DNA from: Amoebidium appalachense
Taxonomy: Eukaryota > Protista > Ichthyosporea
DNA length: 64,000 bases
Direction: 5' to 3'
NCBI GenBank assembly: GCA_963693365.1
Contig: CAVNZM010000008.1
Coordinates: forward strand, 186,001 to 250,000
Position 1 is the first letter of the stretch, and each line of letters begins with the position of its first letter. The translations under genes and the position numbers were made by a program. Below are positions 1-10,288 of the stretch, piece by piece. The notes under the pieces were generated by a model, which was not told the DNA's origin, ran no database searches, and worked only from the letters and a program-made list of their open reading frames with translations.

Positions 1-49
1 TCACACTCACACTCAAACTCACACACACACGACACTCACATGCACATGC

Positions 50-88
<39 letters not shown>

Positions 89-304
89 CGCAAATGCTCA
101 CCGGCACGAATAAACATCGCCACCACCATACGAAGGCACAAGCACACCAACAAATCGTGCACGTACAGGCACGGCCATGCACCACCCTGCCATACACATA
201 GTGTTAAGTGATGACCTGACCACTTCCCCCACCACCCCCACCCTCACTTCATGGCTCAGACCTAACACCCCCCCCCCCCCCCCCCCCCTCCCCCTCCCCC
301 CCCC

Positions 305-335
<31 letters not shown>

Positions 336-381
336 ATACACACACACAAACACACATACACACAAACAAACAAACACACAG

Positions 382-526
382 CAAGGACCAGTGGGTGCTT
401 GTGCCGGGGCCTGTGACGGTGGCCGTGGGGGGGCAGCAGCCCGACCAGCAGGTGGCTGCCCCGTCCAATGTGCTGCGGGCACAGTTTACCATATATGGCA
501 GCACCACCCCAATGCGCACGTGCTGA
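382..526 (+). CDS. Terminal exon of a probable GH3 beta-xylosidase/beta-glucosidase (Fn3-like C-terminal end); the rest of the gene lies upstream of the window
   Basis: After a CAG acceptor at 379-381 the frame reads KDQWVLVPGPVTVAVGGQQPDQQVAAPSNVLRAQFTIYGSTTPMRTC-stop (TGA 524-526). The W-x-x-x-PG-x-x-T-V-x-VGGQQP pattern resembles GH3 C-termini. Too short for the ORF track. Confidence 0.65.
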
Positions 527-1538
527 GCCCCCAGCCACGTGGGCTGTGCACCAGCAATGGCTGTGATAGCGGGCCAATGGGATATGGGCACGGCACCAGG
601 CCCTGGGGGCAGCAACGTGTATGGCCCGTGTGCCTGTCTGCCACAGCATGGGGACGGGCCAGGGCCCAGTTTGTTGGCCTGCCAGTGCACAGTTCCCAGT
701 TTATTTTGGCCACCTGGTTCGTCTTTGGTCCCGGCTGGCAATGATTTCTGTTGTTTGCTCCCCTGGCCATGCGGGCCCTTGGCTGATAATGTGGAAGGAG
801 ACACAAGGTTCAGCTGCTGTGTAGATGCAGACAGACACAGTGCCACATGCAGCACCACACATCCACACATCCAGATAATAGACATGCACCAACAATTGCA
901 AGCATACACTTTCCAAACGGAGCAACAAGCACACACATGGGGACATGCATCCACACACATATTCGTTTATGACATGCACCTACGATTACACCCGATGGGA
1001 CATGCATTTAATCTAAAACTTTTCATACATAATATTAGTTGCATGCTGTTGCACTGCCAATCGTGCGCACGAGCATTAGCTCTATGTACGTGGATATGTG
1101 CCTGTTGGTGGCAGGCCTTTTTACCCTAGTATTTTTAAGACAGCATTTTCAAAGTTGACTTCCTTTTGCTCAAGTCAATACATTGGGGAATGTAATGTCT
1201 TTGTACAGTATAGGCTGCATTTTCGTTCTAATAAACCTGTTTTGCTATTTTTAGCAATATGATTGACTATAGCATCATCCCATGGTTTCGTTTTCTTGTA
1301 GCACTCCACGCTCGATAGTAATGGCACTAGTGGTATTTCTGAATTTCTCGCTTGGAAGTGTCATTCAAACTGTCATTCAATGGGATGTGCATGAATAAAA
1401 TCATTTAAAAAACTTAATATACCACCTACTCTCCGAGCCCACAGCGACCCCCCCCCCCCCCCCCCCCCGCCATCCCCCTCCCCTCGGCCGCCCGCCCGCC
1501 TGCCCGTGTGCACACGTGTGGCCGCGGAGTCCTGGAAT

Positions 1539-1580
<42 letters not shown>

Positions 1581-1760
1581 CCGCCGCCGCCCGCCTGCCT
1601 GCCCGTGTGCACACGTGTACAATGTGGCCATGGAGTCCTGGAATTGTCATATAGCCTATGCCTATAAAATAAAACAGCAGGCCGGGTTGGATACACCTAT
1701 TAATTTGAAAATTCATCAAGATTAGAACCACTATGTAGTACTAATAGATAAAGATACCCA

Positions 1761-1960
1761 CCGGCGTGGCTGGGGTGAATACCCTGGGCTAAGTGTGTGC
1801 AAAAAGTTAGGATTGTTTAAAGGTGTGTTAGCTTAGCTAATAATACCGTAGCACCCTAGCTAGAGTACTGTCGGTGCTGGGTGGAAGCCGGTAGTTCCCA
1901 ACGAGGGCCCCAAGGGGTCCTTCGGGGAACAAAACGGGATAAAATTAATTCAAAAAAAAA
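1761..1960 (+). mobile_element. Isolated 3' tail of the LINE family found at 61028-63004 (or a SINE sharing that tail)
   Basis: Collinear with the reverse complement of about 61050-61255: CGGCGTGGCTGGGGT, CCCTGGGC, AAGTGTGT, AGTTAGG, TTAGCTTAGCTA, TAGCACC, GTACTGTCGG, GGTAGTT, GAGGGCC, GAACAAAACG, GATAAAAT, then an A-rich end. Confidence 0.8.
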
Positions 1961-3153
1961 CTAACAAATAAGGAAGAGTGTGCTGGTTACCGGTGGCAAA
2001 TCATGTGAACATGGATAATACCTCGTTGGGTAAACACCGGGCCATGCGTATACCAATCCCTTGCAAAGGCTTGCTTCTTAGAAGTTTACGTATATATATA
2101 TATATACTACTGTGCTCCACACTGCACGGCAGCTGCTGACCATCATTCTGGGTTGTTCCTGCCCGGTCCCTTTCTCTCTGTGTGGCTGTGATCGTTGGTG
2201 TGCGTGGGTGGGGAACATGCGAGTATGTGGTGGGTGGCCATGTGTGTGTGTGGGGTGGGTGGGTGGGGGGGGGGGGGGGGGGAGGGGGGCAAAGCAGATT
2301 GCTTTAATTCTCAGCGGCTCGAGCGCCATGCTGGATTAATAAACCCGTCCCCACAGTTGGGCAGGATGCACATTCATCTTTGGGTTGCTTTTGCTGCTGG
2401 GGCCGAGGCATGCCATTGGGAGGCAACCGATGGTGGCATGTAGCTACCAACCCATCCAGCCAATCACCAGACAGGATCCCACAACTATCGGGCCGGGCAA
2501 GCAGGTAATGTTGCTACAGCCTTGCAATGATTGGGTCTAGTGCAGAATTAACTCCGATCGGATGGGGTAGCTGCTGCACGTGATCGGGGTGGCCCTTGAT
2601 GGCCAACCGACCCCACAGCCAGCCAATCACGATGCAGGGATACAACATTGATGGCATGCCTCCGTGTGCACAGTGGCAATATGGCGCACACGACATATCC
2701 TTGACCCGATTCACTGTGTGTGCTCTTGGTAGATTGATTGGGGTGATAACTGTTGCATCTGCGGCAGACAACCAGTGTCTGCCACCAAGCCAATAAAAAC
2801 TCAGCCACAGGCCATGCACCATGTGGTGTGTGGCCAAAAAATAGGCGGTGGCGGATCCACCTGCCCAGCACACTGATTCGAACCCTTTGGCTCGATGGAC
2901 TCCAAAACAACACAGTTGTGTGCCAAATAGAGGGGCTCTACTGTGTCTGTGACTGCATGTGCTTGCGCGTACACAGTGCATGTATGTGGTGAAGGTGGTG
3001 GTGGTGGGGATGGGTGCGTTGTTGTTGGTGGTGGTGGTGGTAGTCGTGGGTGTGGTACATAGTGGTGTGTGCAGGTGGTGGGTGTGGTTGTAGGTGTGGT
3101 GGTGGGTGTGGCTATGGTGGTGGGTGTAGTGGGTGTGGTAGTGGTTGCAGCGA

Positions 3154-5586
3154 TCAGCGTCTTGTTGCGGGTGCCCTGTTCGAATGGCCCCTTCCCCATC
3201 CCTTCCTGTGGTGCTGCCTGTCCCCATGCCCGTGCACATGTGTGTGCCTGTCCTCGTCCCCTCTTTCCTCCACCTGCACGTGCATTGGAGCCACGTGGGT
3301 GGGGGCACCGGCCAAGGCATCGTAGACCCCCAGCAGGCACCAGGCATCCAGCATGGCATACTGCAGCTGCGCATCCGTCAGCGGCCTGTGTGTGTGTGTG
3401 TGTGTGTGGTGTTTGTGTGTGCGTGTGCACGTGTGTGTCTTGTGTCTGTGCATGGGCGTGTGAGTGGGGGGGGGGGGGGGGGGGGGGGGAAGGGAGGGGC
3501 GGGCAGTAGGTAGGCGAATTTGTTAGTATTGAATATGTTAGTGAGTGTTCACATCATCTGCACATAACTATGCCAAGCTGCCAGGGTTCCCACAGCCAGC
3601 AACCCCCCACCAAGATGATGCCACTCTCCACGCACCTGCGTGCCCAGTTTGACATCTGCTGGGCCTTGGACAGCAGGGCACCGTGGGCATAGGCACACAG
3701 CTTGCGCAGGGACGGCCGGGGCATGCCGGGGTAGCGGCTGCTGAACAGCTGCGACACATCCACGTGCCGCGCCAGCGGGAACTGCGGGTGGGTGGGTTGG
3801 TGCCCAGCATGCTGTGGGGGGGGGGGGGGGGGGTGATACGCCATGCCCCCCCTCGCTGGCTCCTTACATCTCCCAACCACCAATTAACTCTCCCTTCAAG
3901 CATCTACTTGAACGCACACCTAGAAGCGCCGCTGCACAAAATGTGTGTGCAGAGAAGCATAACCATACATACTGCCACAGGCCCCCAAATCTCTAACCCC
4001 CCTCCCCCCCCCCCCCAGGCGAAAGGAACTACACAAACACACACAGCCAAACGAACAGTGGCAGTCACCATGCAACCCCCCTCCCCCCCCTCCCCTCTCT
4101 CTCTCTCCCACAGCCATGTGAACAGTGAAGGTCACCACGTGCACCCAGGCTGCGCACCGTATACTGCGGGTAGGACCGTTTGAGCTGGGCCACGTCCTGC
4201 TTGAGGCTGACGCCCAGCTTGGTGATGTGCTCGGCCCCCAGCAGATCACTGATCAGCCCAGCCATGCTGGGGCCTATGCCGCTGACTAGGTCTAGCACCA
4301 CGATGCACGTGTCGCTGCCTATCTGCGTGTGCACGTGTCACTGCCTATGTGTGTGTGCACGTGTCACTGCCTGCCTGTGTGTGCACGTGTCACTGCCTAT
4401 GTGTGTGTGCACGTGTTGCGCCGCTTTGTGCCCACCTGTGTGTGTGTGTGTAGGTGTCTTTCCCTATCTGTGCCCATCTGTGTGTGTCTGTCTTTGCCCA
4501 TCTGTGCCCATCTGTGTGTGTCTGTCTTTGCCTATCTGTGCCCATCTGTGTGTGTATGTCTTTGCCTATCTGTGCCCATCTGTGTGTGTGTATGTCTTTG
4601 CCTATTTGTGCCCATCTGTGTGTGTGTGTGTGTCTTTGCCTATCTGTGCCCATCTGTGTGTGTGTGTCTTTGCCTATCTGTGCCCATCTGTGTGTGTGTG
4701 TGTCTTTGCCTATCTGTGCCCACCTGTGTGTGTGTGTCTTTGCCTATCTGTGCCCATCTGTGTGTGTGTGTGTCTTTGCCTATCTGTATGTGCACGTGCA
4801 TGCACACGAGCAGGCACCCCCTATGGCCCTGTCTCCCCGTGCCCCCCCACCTGCATGAGGGCTGTGCGGTTGAATTGGCCCTTGCGGAAGCACGGCTGGG
4901 TCTCCGTGTCGATGCCCACCCTGGTCACGTCACCACCCAGCAGCCAACGGCGTGCCGTGGCCACACCCTCGTCATTGGCCACCAGCAGCGTGGGGAGGGG
5001 GGGCAGGGCCAGGGGGCCAGTTAGCAGGGGGCTAGGGGGGCTGCTGTCCATGGTCACGGCATAGAGCCGGGCCAGGGGGAGGTCGTGGATGGTCAGCAGA
5101 TCCAGCAGGGGGGCCTGTGGTCACGTGCAGGATTGGTTCACGGTCATGCTGGGCACCCTGCCACAGGTATGGCCGTATCCGGTAGCACCATGGTGGTAAC
5201 AGGCAGCATGCAGCAGCACACAGGCACAAGGCACAAGGCACGTGCACACGTGACATGATCAAGGACAACAGGCTTGCAACACACATGCACGCACAAGCAA
5301 AATACACAACGAACCATCCCCATCAGCCCAGCCAACTACCCCCTCCCCCTCCCCGCGCCACCATGTAGCGCCTGTCTCTGCCCAGCCCCCCCCCCCTCCC
5401 CCCTCCCGGCTCTGCCTAGCCCCCCCCCCCCCCCCCCCACACACACACGCACACCGTGCACTGCATGGCTCTGCCCAGCTAATCCCCTCCTCCCCTCCCC
5501 CCCCCCCCCCCCCCCCCCCCCCACACACACACACCGTGCACTGCATGGCTCTGCCCAGCTAATCCCCTCCTCCCCTCCCCCCCCCC

Positions 5587-5617
<31 letters not shown>

Positions 5618-5677
5618 ACACCGTGCACTGCATGGCTCTGCCCAGCTAATCCCCTCCCCCCCTCCCCTCCCCCCCCC

Positions 5678-5708
<31 letters not shown>

Positions 5709-5750
5709 CGTGCACTGCATGGCTCTGCCCAGCTAATCCCCTCCTCCCCC

Positions 5751-5802
<52 letters not shown>

Positions 5803-5846
5803 ACCGTGCACTGCATGGCTCTGCCCAGCTAATCCCCCTCCTCCCC

Positions 5847-5894
<48 letters not shown>

Positions 5895-5937
5895 ACCGTG
5901 CACTGCATGGCTCTGCCCAGCTAATCCCCTCCTCCCC

Positions 5938-5968
<31 letters not shown>

Positions 5969-6036
5969 ACACACACACACCGTGCACTGCATGGCTCTGC
6001 CCAGCTAATCCCCTCCTCCCCCTCCCCCCCCCCCCC

Positions 6037-6068
<32 letters not shown>

Positions 6069-6123
6069 ACACCGTGCACTGCATGGCTCTGCCCAGCTAA
6101 TCCCCTCCTCCCCTCCCCCCCCC

Positions 6124-6154
<31 letters not shown>

Positions 6155-6200
6155 ACACCGCGCACTGCATGGCTCTGCCCAGCTAATCCCCTCCTCCCCC

Positions 6201-6253
<53 letters not shown>

Positions 6254-6294
6254 CGTGCACTGCATGGCTCTGCCCAGCTAATCCCCTCCTCCCC

Positions 6295-6343
<49 letters not shown>

Positions 6344-6391
6344 CGTGCACTGCATGGCTCTGCCCAGCTAATCCCCTCCTCCCCCCCCCCC

Positions 6392-6423
<32 letters not shown>

Positions 6424-7702
6424 ACACACACACCGTGCATTGCATGTCTCTGCCCCAGCCAACCTTCCCCCCCCCTCCCCCCCACTGCATGTCTCTGCCT
6501 GGCCAACCCCCCCCCCCCCCCCCCAAATCGTGTCTCTGCCTAATCCATACCCCCATCCCCCCCACACACACAGACCGGGCATTCCCAGCCCCCCCCCCCC
6601 CCCCCTCCCTTCAGTGCCCTACAGTGCACTGTATGTCGCTGCCCAGCCAACCGTGTCCACCCCCCTCCCCTCCATCCTTCCCTCCCTCCCCCCCCCCCCC
6701 CCCCCCCCCACACACACACAAACATCGTGCACTGCATGTCTCTGCCCAGCAAAAAACCCAAGGCCCCTACCGTGCACTGCAAGTCCCTGCCCAGACAGCC
6801 TATGGCCATGCCTGCATGTCCGCCCTCCACCAGTGGCTGCAGCAGTCTGCTCGGGTCCACGGCCCCTGGAAAGTGCTGCCCGGCCCCGTTACCAGCCAGT
6901 CCCCTGCCCTCATCACGCCCAGCCATGCTATCACACCCTCTTCCTGCCTACTCCCCCCCCCCCCCCCCCCCCGGCCCCCCAAAACACACACACACACCCT
7001 TTCAACACAGACAATATCACATACCAACATACATATATTCCAACAATATTAACAATACTCCTTCCATTATCCAACAAGCTTACGACCCACCATTTCTTGT
7101 GCCTCCCATCCATCTACCTTTTCTCACCAGCCCCTCTATATCCTACCCCTCCATCCCTCCCTACCTTCCGTGCCAATATCCCTCGTTGGTCGTCCGTGCC
7201 TCCCTTGTGCACCCTCCCCCCCCCCCCCCCCCCCCCTTCCCCCCCCTTCTTGCACGCACCTTTGCAAGCTTCAGGCGTGCATAGTGTGCGGCTGCAGCCA
7301 TCACGTCAGACTCCAATAGGCGCCCAAAATAGGGCAGAGGGTTGACCACCTGCTGCAGCTGCACAAGCGAGGGGGGGGGGGGGGGGGGGGGGAGAGAGGG
7401 GGGGGGGGAGGGGGGATCTACGCTTTAGAGGGTTGGAATTCTGGAAGTGGGACATCAAAAGACAACACACAAAACTTCACAGACATACAAAAACTAGACA
7501 TCAGAAAAGTGTGCAGACATGTTAGGGGGTCAGGGTTGAGACACACAGGCTACGAGCCACTTATGCAGCACGTGCACCTGCACACACGCACATACGCACA
7601 CATGTACCGACAGACACACACACAGACACACACACACACAGGTGCACACCACATCCACCCACCCACCCACACACACATGTGCGCAACACACACACACACA
7701 CA

Positions 7703-7752
<50 letters not shown>

Positions 7753-7774
7753 CGTACACGTCCTGCACACACAC

Positions 7775-7815
<41 letters not shown>

Positions 7816-8564
7816 CGTGCTGGGCTATGAGGGCCAGTGCCTCTCCGTCTGTTGGGCCGTGCTCGTCAAACAGGGGCTGCAGGGGAAACTCTGCATACAG
7901 CCGGTAGCGTGCTATCACGTGCACGGCAGCACCAAGGTCCCCACGTGACAGCAGCTGCTGCACCGTGTCGTACCGGTAGTGGGTGCTGAAGAGTGGGGGG
8001 GGAGAAGCAGAGGAGAGGGCAGGGGGGGAGGGGAGGGGACGAAGGGGAGGGGGGTTTTGGAAGAGGGGTAGGAGAGGTCAGGTCAAAGGGGAGGAAAGGC
8101 GAGCGATGAAGGGAAACAGAGGGGGTTGATGGGGGGACGGGGGGTGGGGGGAGCAGGTTGGCAATGGGAGTACAGAGGGGAGGTGGGGTGGGGGTCAGGG
8201 GGGGGAGGGGGGGGGGAGGGGAGGGGGGGGGGGGGGGGAGGGGGAGGGCTGGTGGTGGCGGGTGTGTGTGTGTGTGTGGGGAGGGGGGGGGGGGCGGGAG
8301 GGGGGGAGGGAGGGGGGAAGGGTAACACTTAGGTCATTCTTGAAGGACAGGAATAAGATGTAAGGAAAAAGGCCACAGCCAAGAGCCCGTGCACAGGTAG
8401 CTACCAGAGAGGGGGGGCACACACTCTGTGTCCAGCAGCAGCCGCTGCTTTTGCTTTTCCGTCTCTTCCTTCTCCCCGTCGTCTCTGCTCGCGTGTAGCC
8501 CCCCTTGGCCCCTGCCCCTGCCACTGCCCCTTTTTCTGGCTGGGCTGTGTTGTGTGTCTGCCAT
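3154..8564 (-). CDS. DEDDy 3'-5' exonuclease, EXD3/mut-7-like (WRN-exo family), about 440 aa, 8 exons
   Basis: Exons 8564-8425, 7985-7814, 7358-7260, 6875-6771, 5114-4851, 4322-4158, 3781-3636, 3385-3154 join in phase with GT-AG introns (1323 nt). Motifs: ExoI VGIDTE, Exo[16 protein letters not shown]...[15 protein letters not shown], Exo[13 protein letters not shown]. The first exon and the C-terminal tail are less certain. Confidence 0.85.
4325..4790. repeat. Intronic tandem repeat, about 34-38 bp unit (TGTGTCTTTGCCTATCTGTGCCCATC plus variable GT), about 9 copies plus degenerate copies next to the exon
   Basis: Repeated GCCTATCTG cores near 4463, 4531, 4565, 4601, 4639, 4673, 4709, 4743, 4779. 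They match the acceptor/exon junction at 4317-4325. Confidence 0.9.
5453..6460. repeat. Intronic tandem repeat, about 80-95 bp unit: ACCGTGCACTGCATGGCTCTGCCCAGCTAATCCCC + poly-C + (CA)n, 11 near-perfect copies with diverged flanking copies
   Basis: Cores start near 5453, 5533, 5620, 5707, 5803, 5895, 5979, 6071, 6157, 6252, 6342. Diverged copies lie near 6432, 6621 and 6725. Confidence 0.95.
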
Positions 8565-9502
8565 TGCGGGTGCTGCGATGGCCGTGGGGTACCCGTGCTA
8601 AGGGACCTTGGCCATTCTGTGGTGTGCAAATAGGAGGTAAACGAGCTATGCGTGCACACACGGTGGCCTGTGTGTGCCTGCAAAGATGGAGGTTCAAACC
8701 CGTGTGCACGTTGGTGCGATGGTTTCATTCAAGGACAAGGTGACTGTATGTTATATGCTAATACTAATGAACGTTGACGTTATAACTCAAAGTTGATAGT
8801 GGCACCATGGCCACGCATGTTACTGTCTATTACGTGTTTTACAAGTTCGATCGCCTTATAGGGTTAAGTTATTGTGCCACACTGCCTGGGCCCTACAGTC
8901 TGCGGAGTCGGACTGCAGAGTCGGTCGAACTCGACTGCCCGGCAGGGCCTGTGGCCCAGAGTGCGTGCGGCATTTTGCGGGCACAAACTGATTGGTTAGG
9001 AGCGCATCACGCAGGTATGTGCATGCATACACAAAGCAAACTACATGAATGAACAAAAGCTGAGACGGCGTTACGCGTGCGCGTGGCACCTTGCTTTTCT
9101 AGAACAAGATCATTTAGTTGACTGAAAAACATAAAAACAGTGCTAAGTAGGCTACACCGGTCATCAAGTAGGCCGTTTTACTTTGCTGTCGAAATAATGG
9201 AGTCACAGGACATCGCATACAGAAAACAACGGTTCTGTGGCTGTCACGGTTGCCTACTATTTACCGGGATACAGATCGTGACAAAGACGTAAAAGCTCGG
9301 GCTGTGGTGCATGAAGGATGCACCTACAATTACAAGTTCTTGCCGATTAAAAACAAAGTATTTTTTCTAAATACACACTATTTATTTCTCTAGCTAAAAA
9401 TTAGCCTTGTTTCTATAAACACACTCTGTTATTTCCTCTAGACCAACCCTAACAGCTCTCAGACCCATCTATACATGTACATGTTACGGGCACGGAGCTC
9501 CA

Positions 9503-10288
9503 CTACACGAGCAGCTTCCTAGCCAGCTTGCACAGGCATGTGTGTGTGTCTGGGGCCCTGGCGACCACAGGCAGAGGCTGCGGCAGGTCGTCGTCCAGGC
9601 CCAGTGTCTGGTCAGCAAACTGCGCCGGGTCCAGGCCTGATAGGCTACGGCAGGCCTGTGCCAGCTGCCGGGCTGTGGCCACGTGCATGATGCCCAGCCG
9701 CACGTGTGGCTGCAGCTGAAGCGTGTGTGCTATCAGCCGCTCTATGCGCCGGTCACTCCAGCCTATAGTGCTGCGCGTGCCTACCTGCACCACGGTGTGT
9801 GTGCGTGCCACGGAGCAGGCGCTCTTTCGCATCTGCTCCCTGTTCTCTGTGCTGCCCTCTAGGGGCTGGTTGTCGCCTGTGGGGCGGAACAGGGAGGCCA
9901 CGACGGAGCGTAGGGGGGCCTTGAGCTGCCGCAAGGCCCACCAGGTGGCCACGTGCAGCAGCACGTTGGCCTGCAAGGGAGCCTCCTCGACCTCCACGTG
10001 CGGCCTCCTGCTGCGCCTCAGTGTCTCTTGGATGAGCGGCATGTTGGCCTCGGCCAGGACCAGACCGTTGACGCCCGTCACACAGTCGCCAAAGCACAGG
10101 CCTATGCGGTAGGCCGGGCTGTCACGGCGCACGTGCAGCACTGCCAGCCTGTCGTCCACCCAGCCAAGGCGGGCTCCAAAGCGCTCCCCCCTTCCCTTTG
10201 TCACCACCACTTCGCGCTTTGCACACGACCCACTGCTGAGCCCACTCACAACTGCTGGCGGGCTTGCTGCAGTGCCACACGTCAACAT
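9503..10288 (-). CDS. Intronless PDZ-domain protein, syntenin-like (one clear PDZ plus a degenerate second PDZ), 261 aa
   Basis: REVVVTKGRGERFGARL...VLHVRRDSPAYRIGLCFGDCVTGVNG is a PDZ fold signature resembling syntenin PDZ1. VVQVGTRSTIGWSDRRIERLI...VRLGIM resembles the end of syntenin PDZ2. Confidence 0.7.
   Translation of the reverse strand: MLTCGTAASPPAVVSGLSSGSCAKREVVVTKGRGERFGARLGWVDDRLAVLHVRRDSPAYRIGLCFGDCVTGVNGLVLAEANMPLIQETLRRSRRPHVEVEEAPLQANVLLHVATWWALRQLKAPLRSVVASLFRPTGDNQPLEGSTENREQMRKSACSVARTHTVVQVGTRSTIGWSDRRIERLIAHTLQLQPHVRLGIMHVATARQLAQACRSLSGLDPAQFADQTLGLDDDLPQPLPVVARAPDTHTCLCKLARKLLV

Noticed and set aside
1325-1735. Candidate TIR element (TAGTGGT ... ACCACTA) with an internal duplicated 50-bp motif
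   Set aside because: The inverted match is only 7 bp and there is no TSD.
5453-6440. Repeat-spacer appearance suggesting a CRISPR array
   Set aside because: The spacers are only variable poly-C/(CA)n, the context is a eukaryotic intron and there are no cas genes.
5274-6582. Many long Pro/Gly/His-Thr/Val-Cys ORFs here and throughout the ORF track
   Set aside because: They are translations of poly-C/poly-G and (CA)n/(GT)n tracts, which lack stop codons by composition.
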